Assembly: GCA_044892525.1 (NCBI GenBank)
Contig: CM097885.1
Span: forward strand, 30,940,001-31,000,000
Direction of reading: 5' to 3'
DNA length: 60,000 nt
Origin: Schmidtea polychroa
Lineage: Eukaryota
Shown piece by piece: positions 1-13,664 of the stretch; positions within the stretch are counted from its first letter, which is position 1, and every line of letters starts with the position of its first letter. The notes beneath the pieces were generated by a model, which saw only the letters and a list, made by a program, of their open reading frames with translations, did not search any database and was not told the DNA's origin. The position numbers and the translations under genes were made by a program.

Positions 1-323
1 GATAACTTAATAAATTGACAGATAACATAGTTTATATCACAGTAGCATTTATTTATTAGTTATACCAAATTGTCAATTTAAATATTATTCTACAAAAAAG
101 TTGGCATAAAACATAATAATTGTTTAACAATATTTTGGTAAAAATTTTTTAACATCACTATGTTAAAATATCAGATAATTACATTATAATTAATTAAATT
201 ATTATAAGTTTAAGAAAAATATTTATCAAATTTATATGATTTATTTTTACATCTGTATTTATTAAAATAATTTAAAATGATAAATGCTTTATTATTTTAT
301 TCATTAAAAATTTTAAATTTTAC

Positions 324-446
324 CTTTGCTAAAACAGTTTTTCGATATCTTATTATTGCTAATTCTGCTAATTGTCGAACAGAAAGATCTCCATCACCAC
401 ATGGAACAACTATTTTCGTGTCATTAATACACACAGTCACTTTCAT
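324..446 (-). CDS. PARD3: First coding exon of partitioning defective 3 (Par3/Bazooka); the gene continues off the left edge
   Basis: The minus strand from ATG at 446 reads MKVTVCINDTKIVVPCGDGDLSVRQLAELAIIRYRKTVLAK, then a GT donor at 323. This matches the conserved Par3 N-terminal oligomerisation domain (MKVTVCFGxTRVVVPCGDG...RYRKA). It is not in the ORF track because it is only 41 codons. Confidence 0.93.
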
Positions 447-1116
447 CGTCCATTATAAACAGTATCTAACTTTTTAAAAATGAAGATAAAATTAAAAAGA
501 AATACACAAAAAATTATGGTATATTACATATTTCAATTTTTTTAAAAATGTTTACACAAAATTTGTTTATTAAAATAGCGCAGATTAGCTTAGTTCAGAA
601 CTAATAAAATTACTTTAGTTAAAGAAAATTAAAATAAATTTTATTTTGAAATTTTTGTAAAATATTTGTAACTTACATGCCTTAAGTAATTTGGAAGATC
701 TGTTTGAAAAATTACAAATATTAATTTATTAGCAAATTTTAAAATTAAATATGCTTTTAAATTTTTAATGTTCGTCATTTAGTCCTTTTAAATTCTTAAA
801 TAAATTTATTAATTTTCGATTATCAAATTTATTATTTAGAAAAATTTTGTTTTTACATAATTTAATATAAAGTTATTAAAAAATCATTTGGAGTTAAAAC
901 TTTTATCTTGATGGGTTTGGTCTAGCATTAGTTATGGTAATCAAATGCGAAGTGATTTGGAATTTGTTTATTCTAAGTAAGATTTCATATCCACGAATAC
1001 GCAGGAAATTTGAACTTCAACATATATAAAACAAAATTTTAAAACATCAATAAAAATAATTAAAATAAGTTTTTGATTTGGTTCTTTTATTTCTACTTTG
1101 TAGATGTCTTTGAGTT

Positions 1117-1202
1117 ATGGGATCAAATAAATCAAAAGAACTGGATAAAATTGTCACAAGTTTCGTTAATGATGTTCAAAATGTTACAGATTTAGGACAA
1201 GA
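1117..1202 (+). CDS. Putative first coding exon of an unknown gene divergent from PAR3, with an N-myristoylation-like start
   Basis: Pyrimidine-rich acceptor ttctactttgtag ends at 1103. ATG at 1117 gives MGSNKSKELDKIVTSFVNDVQNVTDLGQ(D/E), followed by a consensus GTGAGT donor at 1203 (phase 2). Confidence 0.5.
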
Positions 1203-1362
1203 GTGAGTGCCTATTGGGAATGGTAAACTTCTAATCTGTCAGAGTTTGGGTGACCACGATAAAAAATTTTGTCCATTGCAAAGTCTGGTTCATTTATAAT
1301 CGAATAATTTGTTCTTTTAGCCAACAATAATATTCCATTAAAATCATTTTTATATTGCTGAA

Positions 1363-1984
1363 CAGTAGCGCAACTCCGGGCCTGCAAGGCCGAGGCAAAA
1401 GGGACCCATTTTCAAAATGAAATATTTTAATCAATAAATGCAAAGCAGAAAGCCGGAAACCGAAACTCCTTGTAAGCTCTTTATAATCCTTGTAAAATCA
1501 ATAAATCATGCAGGCAGGCAGATGATCTAAAATATTGCTATTGACGCGCAGTCGGCGCATATTTTTTAGGCTTGGTTTTAAGCTATTGAGCAGAGACTCC
1601 GAATGGAAGCCAAATTACATTTTACAGATGACGTTGGAATTTGCAGTTAATTCACTCAATTGGTTTCACTTTCCATCTTTGATCTATGCTGACATCATTA
1701 GTCTCATTGGCAAGTTTCAAGCCTCAGGAAGATATCAGGGAGAGTGACGTCAGTTAACTACGGATAAATATAAATTCTCAAGTAAAGAATTTTTAGATGT
1801 GGCATAAGATTACAAATTAATAATAAAATAAAATATCATAAATTAAAATCATTAAAATGAATTTCTCAAAAGTGATTCAATAATTAAAAACATAAAATTA
1901 TTGTCTATCAGATTGTCGTTGGCTGTATGAGTGGCCCATTTTGAAAATCTAGCAGGAGGCCCAGAATTTGAAGTTACGTCACTG
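1363..1984. mobile_element. hAT-type MITE (old)
   Basis: Imperfect TIRs CAGTAGCGCAACT / AGTTACGTCACTG; degenerate 8-bp TSD ttgctgaa / ctgctgat; no ORF. Confidence 0.55.
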
Positions 1985-3960
1985 CTGCTGATGCATACTA
2001 GAATTTTGTTGACGAATGTTTAATTTTCATTAAATAATATTTCAAGTTTCTCCCAGTCAAATCCAATTGCAAATTGCATGAGGCAATGCATAATCTATAT
2101 AAATTGGCATTATATCTTACTGAAGCATAAAACTACAGAACAACTTGGATACAAACATACATGGTCGCGGCATTTAATGTTTTGAGTTATTTTTTTCTCT
2201 GTTAGTTTTTCGATTTTGTGATTTTGTTACTATTTCTTGTGCATTTCTCAATTTATTGGAAATTATATGATGCCAGGTCATCTCTTACAAATTATTGTTG
2301 TTCTTTTTTTATAGGATGAACTCCGAATACATTCTTGCCTTCACAGAGACAGGCATTAAAATGTATGACCTATGCCGGCGAGATTAAAACATTGAAAGCT
2401 TATGGGGGGAAACTGATGTAAACATTAGACCAAGTGAAGGGAACATGATTTTATAGGAAATGCAGAAACAGATTGAATCGCTGTGTAGCTGTCGAGATGA
2501 TCTGATTACTAAGTCGTGCCCAGAGGAGTCTGTTGAATCGAAGGTCTCAACCAAAGGGTCTGCCAATATCGACGACGTATTGTTCACCATGGATACTGAT
2601 CCCGAACAGGGCTTGAATGAGTTCCTTGTTTTAACTATTACGGGGGACCCTCAATAACTAGCACTCAACCGATGAGTGAGTTAGGCCTTGGAAATACTTT
2701 ACTACCAAATCTTTCTAACTTGAGGTTCATATTCTGTAGTGACGTTAACTGTTTTACCGATAGTCGAGGAAAAACCTTGATGGAAACTTAAGTGGCGAGT
2801 AGTTTCGGTAACGGACCTCACCTGTCCATTCACATCCAGACACTATATTTACAGTACCAAAATGGTTTGTGACTATGGGTTTACATGGGGTTAGTCTTAA
2901 TATTCATGCGGATGTTTGAAGTAGCTGACGACCCAAAAGTACTATGAACCCAAGAAACTCATGACTTAGCAGGCACAAGAATTCTAAAATTTATTTTCAA
3001 ATCTCACACAAAAACCCAAAAATACCGCAGTTAAAACTCTGAAGCAAAGATATCGATTTTATCTAACCTCAATCAGGTATTTCTAAAATGGCGAGAGCTG
3101 GATTCTAAGTTATCTACAGGTTTGCTCTTAAGTGAACAATACAAGATGAGAATTCCTAAAATTTACGTTATCGCTTGCAACCAAGAATTGGTAACAATGT
3201 TTTCTACTATCTTACCCTCTCAAATATTAATATGCAACTAAAACTATTTTCCACAATCCCTTTCACCGTGAAATTCAAATCAACTATTACTAACGATGAT
3301 ATCAATTAAATTTGATAATCGTTTTCTGTTGTTTGAAATTCTACAAAGATTTATACCAATAAACCAGATAAATAAGTTTCGAAATAGCTAATACCTGAAG
3401 GATCAAAAATATCTCTTTTCGTTCTTGTACAATAACTGTTCCTATAATGAACTTGATTCACTAAGCTCGCAATCAGATAAGTTTAACAAAACTTTATATT
3501 TTACGTTTTATTTACGTTTTATATTTATAGTGGGACAATAGTCCAATCAACCACGAGTCTAATAAGTGGTTGGTTTTATATTAAATAATCGCAAATCAGA
3601 ATAATTCCAAAGGTCAATTTTTGGACTACCTCGTAATTTCGTTATTATCACTTTTCAAAGTAAAACCTTTTATATTAATATCAATTTTTATAATTTAATT
3701 TAAGTAATAATAAATTTCTTTTTTAAACTTATTTTATTAAATAATTACTATAAGTAGATTAAATATTTCTATTCCTATTCCTATTCTAATTTTAGTAATT
3801 AAATATTTCTATTTCTATTTCATTTTTAGCAATTGTGAAATTGCTATTTTTATTTATTTATTCAAATTATGTCCTTTTCCGCAGATCTCGGTTGGCCCAA
3901 CCCTAGCATTTAGATTGGAACAGTGTCAATTAATATTAAACCCGTAATGATTATCTAGAA

Positions 3961-4244
3961 CAGTGTTTCTCAGACTTTTCTCGCTCGTGACACACCTCAA
4001 AAATCAAAATTATTTTACAAATTTTTTGATTTTCCAATGATATATAAAAAAGCTACTTTTTAGTCTATACTAATTAAATATGATTACGAGAAATTTTTAT
4101 AAGGTAATAAAGACAATTCTTTGTAATTTTGATCCACAGAAGTGACTTTTTCATAGTAAGAAGCTTGATATAGTTTTTGTAAATTTTTATTATTACTAAA
4201 TTTTTTGGGAAAAAAGTGACGCAGCACACCGTTGAGAAACACTG
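3961..4244. mobile_element. hAT (Charlie/Buster-type) MITE
   Basis: TIRs CAGTGTTTCTCA / TGAGAAACACTG; 8-bp TSD atctagaa / atctaaaa, resembling the NTCTAGAN target of Charlie elements. Confidence 0.85.
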
Positions 4245-4271
4245 ATCTAAAAGCTTGAAACATGTGAGTAG

Positions 4272-5151
4272 AGTAGTATGATTGGGGCCATCCAGACCAG
4301 GGGCCCTCCAGACCACATATACCCCCTCCCCCCCCGGGGGTAAAAAATTTTTTTAGAACTATTACGTAATCGATGCCTAATATTTTTAGAACTATTACGT
4401 AATCGATGCCTAATATTTTTAGAACTATTACGTAATCGATGCCTAATATTTTTAGGACTATTACGTAATCGTTGCCTAATATTTTTAGAACTATTACATA
4501 ACCGATGCCACATATTTTTAGAACGATGCCATATTATTATTTTTCAAAAATATTATTAACTGTGCTGGCGGTGACCTACCTTTTGACTTCCCAGAACATT
4601 TTGAGTTTTCAAAATTATTTGAATATTTATACATCATTTTGAAGACCAGACGGAGACAAATCTTTTGAGCTATCGAAATAATTTTTATCACTAGTGGTAT
4701 AAAAGTTATTAATTTTTTAGTCCGACACTGATTGATGAAAAAATTATTATTATTTTCAAAAATATTTTTAGAATGATGCCTAATATTTTTAGAATGATTA
4801 CGTCATACTTTTAGAACGATGCCTAATATTTTTAGAACGATGCATAATATTTTTAGAATGATTACATCATACTGTAAGAACGATGCGTAATATTTTTAGA
4901 ATGATTACATCATAATTTTAGAACGATGTCTAATATTTTTAGAATGATGCATAATATTTTTAGAATGATTACGTCATAATTTTAGAACGATGCCAAATAT
5001 TTTTAGAACGATTACGTCATACTTTTAGAACGATGCCTAATATTTTTAGAATGGTGCCTCTTATTTTTAGAATGGTGCCTCTTAATTTTAGAACTAATAA
5101 TTTTTGTTTTAATTATCGATTACATAATAATTTAATTTGTTTAAATCGTTG

Positions 5152-5189
<38 letters not shown>

Positions 5190-5428
5190 CTCCGAGTTTA
5201 TCCGGCAAGATATTCTGTCCCCCTATGGGTACTGCTCACCATAGTACTGCTCACGCTCAACAAGTCACATGGGTACTGTTCACAAAGTTACTACTAAAAA
5301 TATTTAAGACAAAACTTTAACAAAGAAATTCTAAATATTATACTTTAAATATACACTCAAACTAAAATTTATTAACACATTCAAATTCATCATCTCCACA
5401 GTTCATAACATTTTCAAATACAATTTCA

Positions 5429-5494
<66 letters not shown>

Positions 5495-5832
5495 GCGCGC
5501 AGGGAATATTATTATCATATATAGTCAGAGTCTATCCGACAAGATATTCTGTCCCCCTATGGGTATTGATCACAAGGGTACTACTCACATTCAACATGTC
5601 TCAAAGGGTATAATATAATTATTATTAAATTCTGACCAACTTAAATCAATGAAGGGGTAGAACAAAAATATATTAAGTTGCGGTATTTTAAATTTAAAAA
5701 TATTTTAAAAACTTATTTTGACACTAAAGTTTACTTAATTAACAAAGACATAATTATTGCACATGCTTTGCATAAATATTATTATTTTTTAAATTTTCAA
5801 TATTTTCTTTTAAAGTATTAACATGCGCGGGA

Positions 5833-5901
<69 letters not shown>

Positions 5902-6104
5902 GTTAACGAAAAATCTAAAATATGGTTTACACACACAACCCCTCAACCATTATTATTATTATCAATATTAATAACCTAAAATATTTTCTACACACACACA
6001 CACATGCACAACTCATTAACCATTATTATTATCAATATTAGTGAAATTCTAAAATATTTTCTACACACATATACAACCCATTAAACTTTTATTATTATTA
6101 TTAA

Positions 6105-6159
<55 letters not shown>

Positions 6160-6418
6160 GCAAATATTAGTTAAAAAGATAAATTATTTCTACACACATA
6201 CACAACCCATTAACCATTATTATTATCATTATTAGTGAAAACCTAAAATATTTTTTACACACACACACAACCCCTCAACCATTATTATTATTATCAATAT
6301 TAATAACCTAAAATATTTTCTACACACACACACACATGCACAACTCATTAACCATTATTATTATCAATATTAGTGAAAACCTAAAATATCTTCTACACAC
6401 ATATACAACCCATTAAAC

Positions 6419-6466
<48 letters not shown>

Positions 6467-6655
6467 GCAAATATTAGTCAAAAACATAAAAACACACACT
6501 CAACCAATTAACAATTATTATTATCAATATTATTATTATTGCAAATACTAGTCAAAAACTTAAAATTTTTTTTTTACACACACACAACCCATTAACAATT
6601 ATTATTATCAATATTAGTGAAAACCTAAAATATTTTCTACACACACACACACACA
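4272..6655 (+). repeat. Left terminal inverted repeat (~2.4 kb) of the Polinton-like element
   Basis: Near-identical reverse complement of 12152-14479; differences are mainly tandem-unit and (ATT)n copy number. It contains a 33-bp array (~4347-4512), a 21-22-bp array (~4762-5095), two copies of the ~90-115 bp motif, (ATT)n tracts and (AC)n-containing blocks. Confidence 0.93.
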
Positions 6656-7391
6656 ATAATCATATAATTCATTTTCTTCATTACTAAGTAAAATAATTAA
6701 AATATTGTAGTAAATTCTTTATTTACTTACTTTATGGATACTAAATCGAAAGAAATAAAGTTATATCAAAAGTATATTTAAATAAATTAAATTTAAATAA
6801 TTTAATTTAGTTATTTAAAAATATTTAAACAATTTAGTTATTTAAGCATATTTAAACATTAACATTATTATATAGTATAATTTTATATAATATTATAATT
6901 TTATGTACACTTATATATCCTTCATTTAATTTTTTAAATTCAAAATTTATAATGAAGATTCTTTGAATTAAAAAATATTCTGTTAGTATTTCCAGGCAGT
7001 AAACAACGAATTCAATAATTAAAATCTTAATTTTCATGTTGTTAGGGTTGTGGCCAGAATTTAATCGCCATCTAATCGTTTGTTCTCAATTTCGCTCATT
7101 TTTGTTCAAAACATTCAGGTGAGTTGTTATCTGGAAAGTTTCTTTGAGCTCAGTTTTGTTAAAACACTCACGGTATTTTTGAGGGACGTGACACTGGGAA
7201 TAAATTAACAATGGGTGGTCTTGCATACATGTTGTTGGTTTGAACTGTTGATTTATTTTAGAAATATGTATATTAAAAACATTTAAGGTATCATTCAGTA
7301 AAATAATATAGTATTTTTGAGTATTTTTAGTTGATTTATAAATAACAGTATTTTGATATATCAATAAAGACCATATACTCCTAGTTTATCC
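6656..7391 (-). repeat. Internal inverted duplicate (A') of 9915-10650
   Basis: The identical 92-aa and 61-aa ORFs appear on opposite strands (7086-7364/9942-10220; 6852-7037/10269-10454). The match was traced from ataatcatataattc to ctcctagtttatcc. Confidence 0.95.
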
Positions 7392-9914
7392 TTTATATTT
7401 AGTTTATATTTAATTCAATATTAAAGGAGTTAATCAAAATTTAAAATATAAAGTTATCATAATTGCTTAGTCAAATACCATTTGTTATGTATGTTTGTCA
7501 TTTTTGGATTAAATACTTTATCAAAATAATTGTTTATCACATTATTATTATTCGTTAGTCACTCATATATTAGAAATAATTTATAAATACTCATCACTTA
7601 TAGCCCCCCATTTTCCACTAATCCTCCCAACAACTATTTCTTTGAACATTGAATTAAATATTTTTTTTTATTAAAGTGATCTTTTTTATAAATTTTTATG
7701 AATTTCATGAAATAATTTTAAATAAATGCAATTAATATATTTCCATCTTATCTATGACACTTCTCGGTATATTTACATTTACGTTCCATTAATGAATAAT
7801 TCAAACCCTTATTTTCACCTTTTTGAATTTCATTATTAATTAATCATAGAATAATGATGATTCTTACCACCTGAGAATAATATTGTTAATTTTATCTCTG
7901 TGTTATTAAAATTATCTTTCGATTTTACGCTGCTTACCACTTTAGAATAAGATTTTTTATTAAAATTTGTGATAATTCGACTGATTCAATTTGATGGAGT
8001 TATTGTTAATTCGTTTTATTATATATATACTCGGAGTTTATCCGACAAAATATTTTCTCCCTCTATGGGTACTGCTTGTAAGGGTATTGGTCGTAAGGGT
8101 ACTGGTCGTAAGGGTACTGGTCGTAAAGGTACTGGTGTGTTTTAATGATTTTATTTAGGCAAATATTTGGTTATTATTTGGCATTAAATTCATTGGTAAT
8201 TTTTTAGAGTTAGCGGGATTTTACTAACATTTTTTTGTGAATTTCATGTTAATTGAAAGAATATTTAAGGTTTAGTGTTAATTCTAAGATAAATTTAATT
8301 AATTTCTTGATAATTTGCTATATTTTATTAATTTTGATGATGATGATGACTTTGTAATGATAATTTGACTAAATAATTTTTTCATATATTTTTCTAAGAA
8401 TATTTACACATTGATGAACTTTAAAATATTGAAAATCTAAAGTTGAAACAATCTAATTTTTTCACGATGATGATATATTTAAAATCTACTTGAAAATTAT
8501 TGTAAAATATACCTAAATTTAGTTTGAAAGATATATCATGTTATAATGGTTATAATTATGATCAATCAATGAGATATTATCATCTCTAGTTAGGTATTTG
8601 ATGACACATGTGGTTAAATATTTATTTTAATGAATTTTGATCTTTTAGTGGACTCTTTGAATTTAGCTACTAAATTATTTCAATGGAAGAATGTCTGTGA
8701 CAATTAAATAAAATTCATATTTTGAAGAATTTTCTATAGATTTTAAGATTTATTAAAGGGCACAAGTGGATGAAATTATATTCGGTTGGATTTAGTGAAG
8801 GTTAAGATGGTAATATATACGATTTAAGGTGTTTTAAGGGGTAAAGATATTTGGTGAGGGATCGGTTAATGTTTTGAATATTTATATATTCTTATTGGTA
8901 AAATATCAAATTTTCAAGGGAAATAGTCAGCTATGAATAGTTCCTGTGAAATTATATCGTTTTAGAGGTTGTGATGAATGTTATTGCACAGTAATTTATG
9001 TTTCAGAACCAGTTTTTATTAATTATCCACGGTTTTATTAATGGGTAATGACTAATTTACTTGGTTTTGACAATGCAATATTTGAAATATTTAGAGATAA
9101 TTGATATCAAAGGTTATTGCTTTAAATTATTTTATTTAACATTTTAAAGACGGACATTCATTATGAAGATAACGGTAACAAAAATATTGACTTAAAAGAG
9201 TTAGACATCGACAACTAAAGAAAATTTAACTTTCATGAAGGAAATTTATGATTTTAATTATATTTCCAGAAATTAAATAGGTTGAATATCAGTTAATCTA
9301 TTGAAGGAATATTGTTATCGGGTGGATAAATGATATTTTGCTAAATTACCTTTGCTAAATATTATTTTAAATGACTAAAAATAACAAAATTAAGCAATAT
9401 TCATAAATTTATCGCACAAAATGTCCATGTTTTGGTTACTCAAACATCTTAAATTTCTCGCAAAGATATATTACGTCTAATGATCATCTAATTAAATTAG
9501 AAAATAATTGTTACTTTATAATATATATTTCTAAATAATAGGCCCCTTAATTGGATAAATGATAACCATATTTCTATTATGACTCCTTTAATTATTTATG
9601 CCTCAAACAAATTTACTCCAAATGATAAAGAATTTAAAATTATCAATGAATAATGACCATGTTTTTCTCATATTATTAACTATTGTAACGAACATTAGAT
9701 GAATAAATTAATTTTTGCTTTAAATGACTACAAAGTTAACCAATAAATTAGTCGCTCGACATAAGTGTAAAGTTACATTTAAAATATTCACGAATTTCTG
9801 ATCATCTCACTAAATTACCTAAGAATTTCTAAATGATTAATATAGCCTTGCGACATGTTGAATGTGACCAGTACCCTTGCTAGCAATACCCATAGGGGGA
9901 CAGAATATTTTGTC

Positions 9915-10650
9915 GGATAAACTAGGAGTATATGGTCTTTATTGATATATCAAAATACTGTTATTTATAAATCAACTAAAAATACTCAAAAATACTATAT
10001 TATTTTACTGAATGATACCTTAAATGTTTTTAATATACATATTTCTAAAATAAATCAACAGTTCAAACCAACAACATGTATGCAAGACCACCCATTGTTA
10101 ATTTATTCCCAGTGTCACGTCCCTCAAAAATACCGTGAGTGTTTTAACAAAACTGAGCTCAAAGAAACTTTCCAGATAACAACTCACCTGAATGTTTTGA
10201 ACAAAAATGAGCGAAATTGAGAACAAACGATTAGATGGCGATTAAATTCTGGCCACAACCCTAACAACATGAAAATTAAGATTTTAATTATTGAATTCGT
10301 TGTTTACTGCCTGGAAATACTAACAGAATATTTTTTAATTCAAAGAATCTTCATTATAAATTTTGAATTTAAAAAATTAAATGAAGGATATATAAGTGTA
10401 CATAAAATTATAATATTATATAAAATTATACTATATAATAATGTTAATGTTTAAATATGCTTAAATAACTAAATTGTTTAAATATTTTTAAATAACTAAA
10501 TTAAATTATTTAAATTTAATTTATTTAAATATACTTTTGATATAACTTTATTTCTTTCGTTTTAGTATCCATAAAGTAAGTAAATAAAGAATTTACTACA
10601 ATATTTTAATTATTTTACTTAGTAATGAAGAAAATGAATTATATGATTAT
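9915..10650 (+). repeat. Internal segment A, inverted partner of 6656-7391
   Basis: Reverse complement of 6656-7391 with very few substitutions. Confidence 0.95.
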
Positions 10651-10796
10651 GAAGAAGATGAACCAGACAAAATGGTGAAACACTAAATGACTTATGTTCT
10701 GGATTTAGAAATTTCTTATTAAAACATGAATTATAGAAAAAAATGAACCAGACAAAATGGTGAAACACTAAAGGAGTTATAGTTCCGGATTTCTTA

Positions 10797-11264
10797 AATG
10801 AATTAGCTGATTGTGGGTGTCCTTCAACATGAATTATCAGACTTAAATTATGTAAACTTTCAACGATTGTCAAGAAAAATGGGAAAAACCGATGTTTTAG
10901 CAATTAGATATTGTAAAGTACTACCTGAAGAATATTATTATTAATGTAAGACATGAATTAATTCTTTAAAATATATATATTATATTTAGGTATCTGTGTT
11001 TTATGGTGGGAAATGACATTGAAAAAGTATACCACAAATAACAGTTGCCTAATTTATCAAGCCTGTGACGATAAAATGCTAGATAATGTAAGTTAATTGC
11101 TTTTAAATCAATATAAATTTTAGCAATGATAGTTGACGCCACATCAGAAACTAAGAAATATGTCCAATTCGCAAGATGTATTCCATGAAATCACTATCAA
11201 ATGGCCTGATGGAGATGATAATTTTGAGATAGATTACCAACAGAAGAGCGAGAAAAATTTGTAA
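10797..11264 (+). pseudogene. Decayed spliced cargo gene of unknown function inside the Polinton-like element
   Basis: Two GTAAG...TTTAG mini-introns (10946-10989 and 11088-11123) separate coding-like blocks (LIVGVLQHELSDLNYVNFQRLSRKMGKTDVLAIRYCKVLPEEYYY; ...SQDVFHEITIKWPDGDDNFEIDYQQKSEKNL*). Stops interrupt the frame. Confidence 0.45.
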
Positions 11265-12151
11265 ATTAAATATAATAGGGTTGGGTGGGTCCTCTTTATC
11301 CCTTAATTAATATATATATATTTACAAGCTGATCGTCGTGGTGGGCGGTTGTAATCCAACTAGTGGGAGGCCTCTGTAAATATATATTTGTGTTAGTGAA
11401 AACATTAATTAATTTGGTTATAGTGCCAATGACGCATGTATTTTGAAATTATACGTTTCGAATGTGGTGGTAGTTGACTACCCATGCTAGGCGTAATGTT
11501 CCATACGGAAAACTATAATGCCCAGGTTCTTTTGACCCCACTTGGGGGAGGCACAGACGACCCTTGTGGACGCGAACAAATATCCACCGTGTCTTTCAGG
11601 CACAGATATTTGGTCACTGCTCATTAGGCCTGGCAATAATAAATGCATACACTTTGCCTTGTCCTCTCTTGTCTTTATTTTTATCGTTTAAATAGTGTGT
11701 GTGATAAGTTTTATTTACTAACCCTAATTAATATACCCTTGCGATATGTTGAGTGTGACCAGTACCCTTGCTACCATTACCCATAGGGGGACAGAATATC
11801 TTGTCGGATAGACTAGGAGTATATACACCCATGTTAAACAAGGTATGTGTATATAGAATGTATGTGTAAAATTATCGCTCCTTATTGAAAATTTCATGTA
11901 AAGGCAAACACAGAATACTGCAAACATATAATAATACTCTACCCCATAACTTAGTGTGTAAAAATTATTTAAGGTTTTTTCACTAATAATAATAATAATT
12001 ATAATAATAATAATGATAATAATAAAGTTTAATGGGTTGTATATGTGTGTAAAAAATATTTGAGGTTTTCACTAATATTGATAATAATAATGGTTTATGA
12101 GTGTTTTTATGTTTTTGACTAATATTTGCAATAATAATAATGGTTAATGGG

Positions 12152-12341
12152 TTGTGTGTGTGTGTGTGTAGAAAATATTTTAGGTTTTCACTAATATTGA
12201 TAATAATAATTGTTAATGGGTTGTGTGTGTGTAAAAAAAAAATTTTAAGTTTTTGACTAGTATTTGCAATAATAATAATATTGATAATAATAATTGTTAA
12301 TTGGTTGAGTGTGTGTTTTTATGTTTTTGACTAATATTTGC

Positions 12342-12392
<51 letters not shown>

Positions 12393-12651
12393 GTTTAATG
12401 GGTTGTATATGTGTGTAGAAGATATTTTAGGTTTTCACTAATATTGATAATAATAATGGTTAATGAGTTGTGCATGTGTGTGTGTGTGTAGAAAATATTT
12501 TAGGTTATTAATATTGATAATAATAATAATGGTTGAGGGGTTGTGTGTGTGTGTAAAAAATATTTTAGGTTTTCACTAATAATGATAATAATAATGGTTA
12601 ATGGGTTGTGTATGTGTGTAGAAATAATTTATCTTTTTAACTAATATTTGC

Positions 12652-12709
<58 letters not shown>

Positions 12710-12910
12710 TTAATAATAATAATAAAAGTTTAATGGGTTGTATATGTGTGTAGAAAATATTTTAGAATTTCACTAATATTGATAATAATAATGGTTAATG
12801 AGTTGTGCATGTGTGTGTGTGTAGAAAATATTTTAGGTTATTAATATTGATAATAATAATAATGGTTGAGGGGTTGTGTGTGTAAACCATATTTTAGATT
12901 TTTCGTTAAC

Positions 12911-13000
<90 letters not shown>

Positions 13001-13338
13001 TCCCGCGCATGTTAATACTTTAAATGAAAATATTGAAAATTTAAAAAATAATAATATTTATGCAAAGCATGTGCAATAATTATGTCTTTGTTAATTAAGT
13101 AAACTTTAGTGTCAAAATAAGTTTTTAAAATATTTTTAAATTTAAAATACCGCAACTTAATATATTTTTGTTCTACCCCTTCATTGATTTAAGTTGGTCA
13201 GAATTTAATAATAATTATATTATACCCTTTGAGACATGTTGAATGTGAGTAGTACCCTTGTGATCAATACCCATAGGGGGACAGAATATCTTGTCGGATA
13301 GACTCTGACTATATATGATAATAATATTCCCTGCGCGC

Positions 13339-13425
<87 letters not shown>

Positions 13426-13664
13426 TGAAATTGTATTTGAAAATGTTATGAACTGTGGAGATGATGAATTTGAATGTGTTAATAAATTTTAGTTTGAGTG
13501 TATATTTAAAGTATAATATTTAGAATTTCTTTGTTAAAGTTTTGTCTTAAATATTTTTAGTAGTAACTTTGTGAACAGTACCCATGTGACTTGTTGAGCG
13601 TGAGCAGTACTATGGTGAGCAGTACACATAGGGGGACAGAATATCTTGCCGGATAAACTCGGAG

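Noticed and set aside
2315..2657. Exon-like block and 65-aa ORF
   Set aside because: Stops interrupt the frame and no family is recognisable; probably decayed repeat sequence.
4247..4513. 88-aa ORF with RNSSKNIRHRL repeats; the array is superficially CRISPR-like
   Set aside because: It is a translation of the 33-bp head-to-tail tandem array in the TIR. There are no unique spacers and no cas genes, and the DNA is eukaryotic.
5754..5936. Poly-Ile ORFs (also 12876-13079, 15710-16024) and poly-Asn/Thr/Leu/Val ORFs (27866-28237)
   Set aside because: Artefacts of (ATT)n and (AGT)n microsatellites.
9942..10454. The duplicated 92-aa and 61-aa ORFs as functional genes
   Set aside because: Their identity reflects the recent inverted duplication, not selection. 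No recognisable domain, so they are kept only as part of the repeat.
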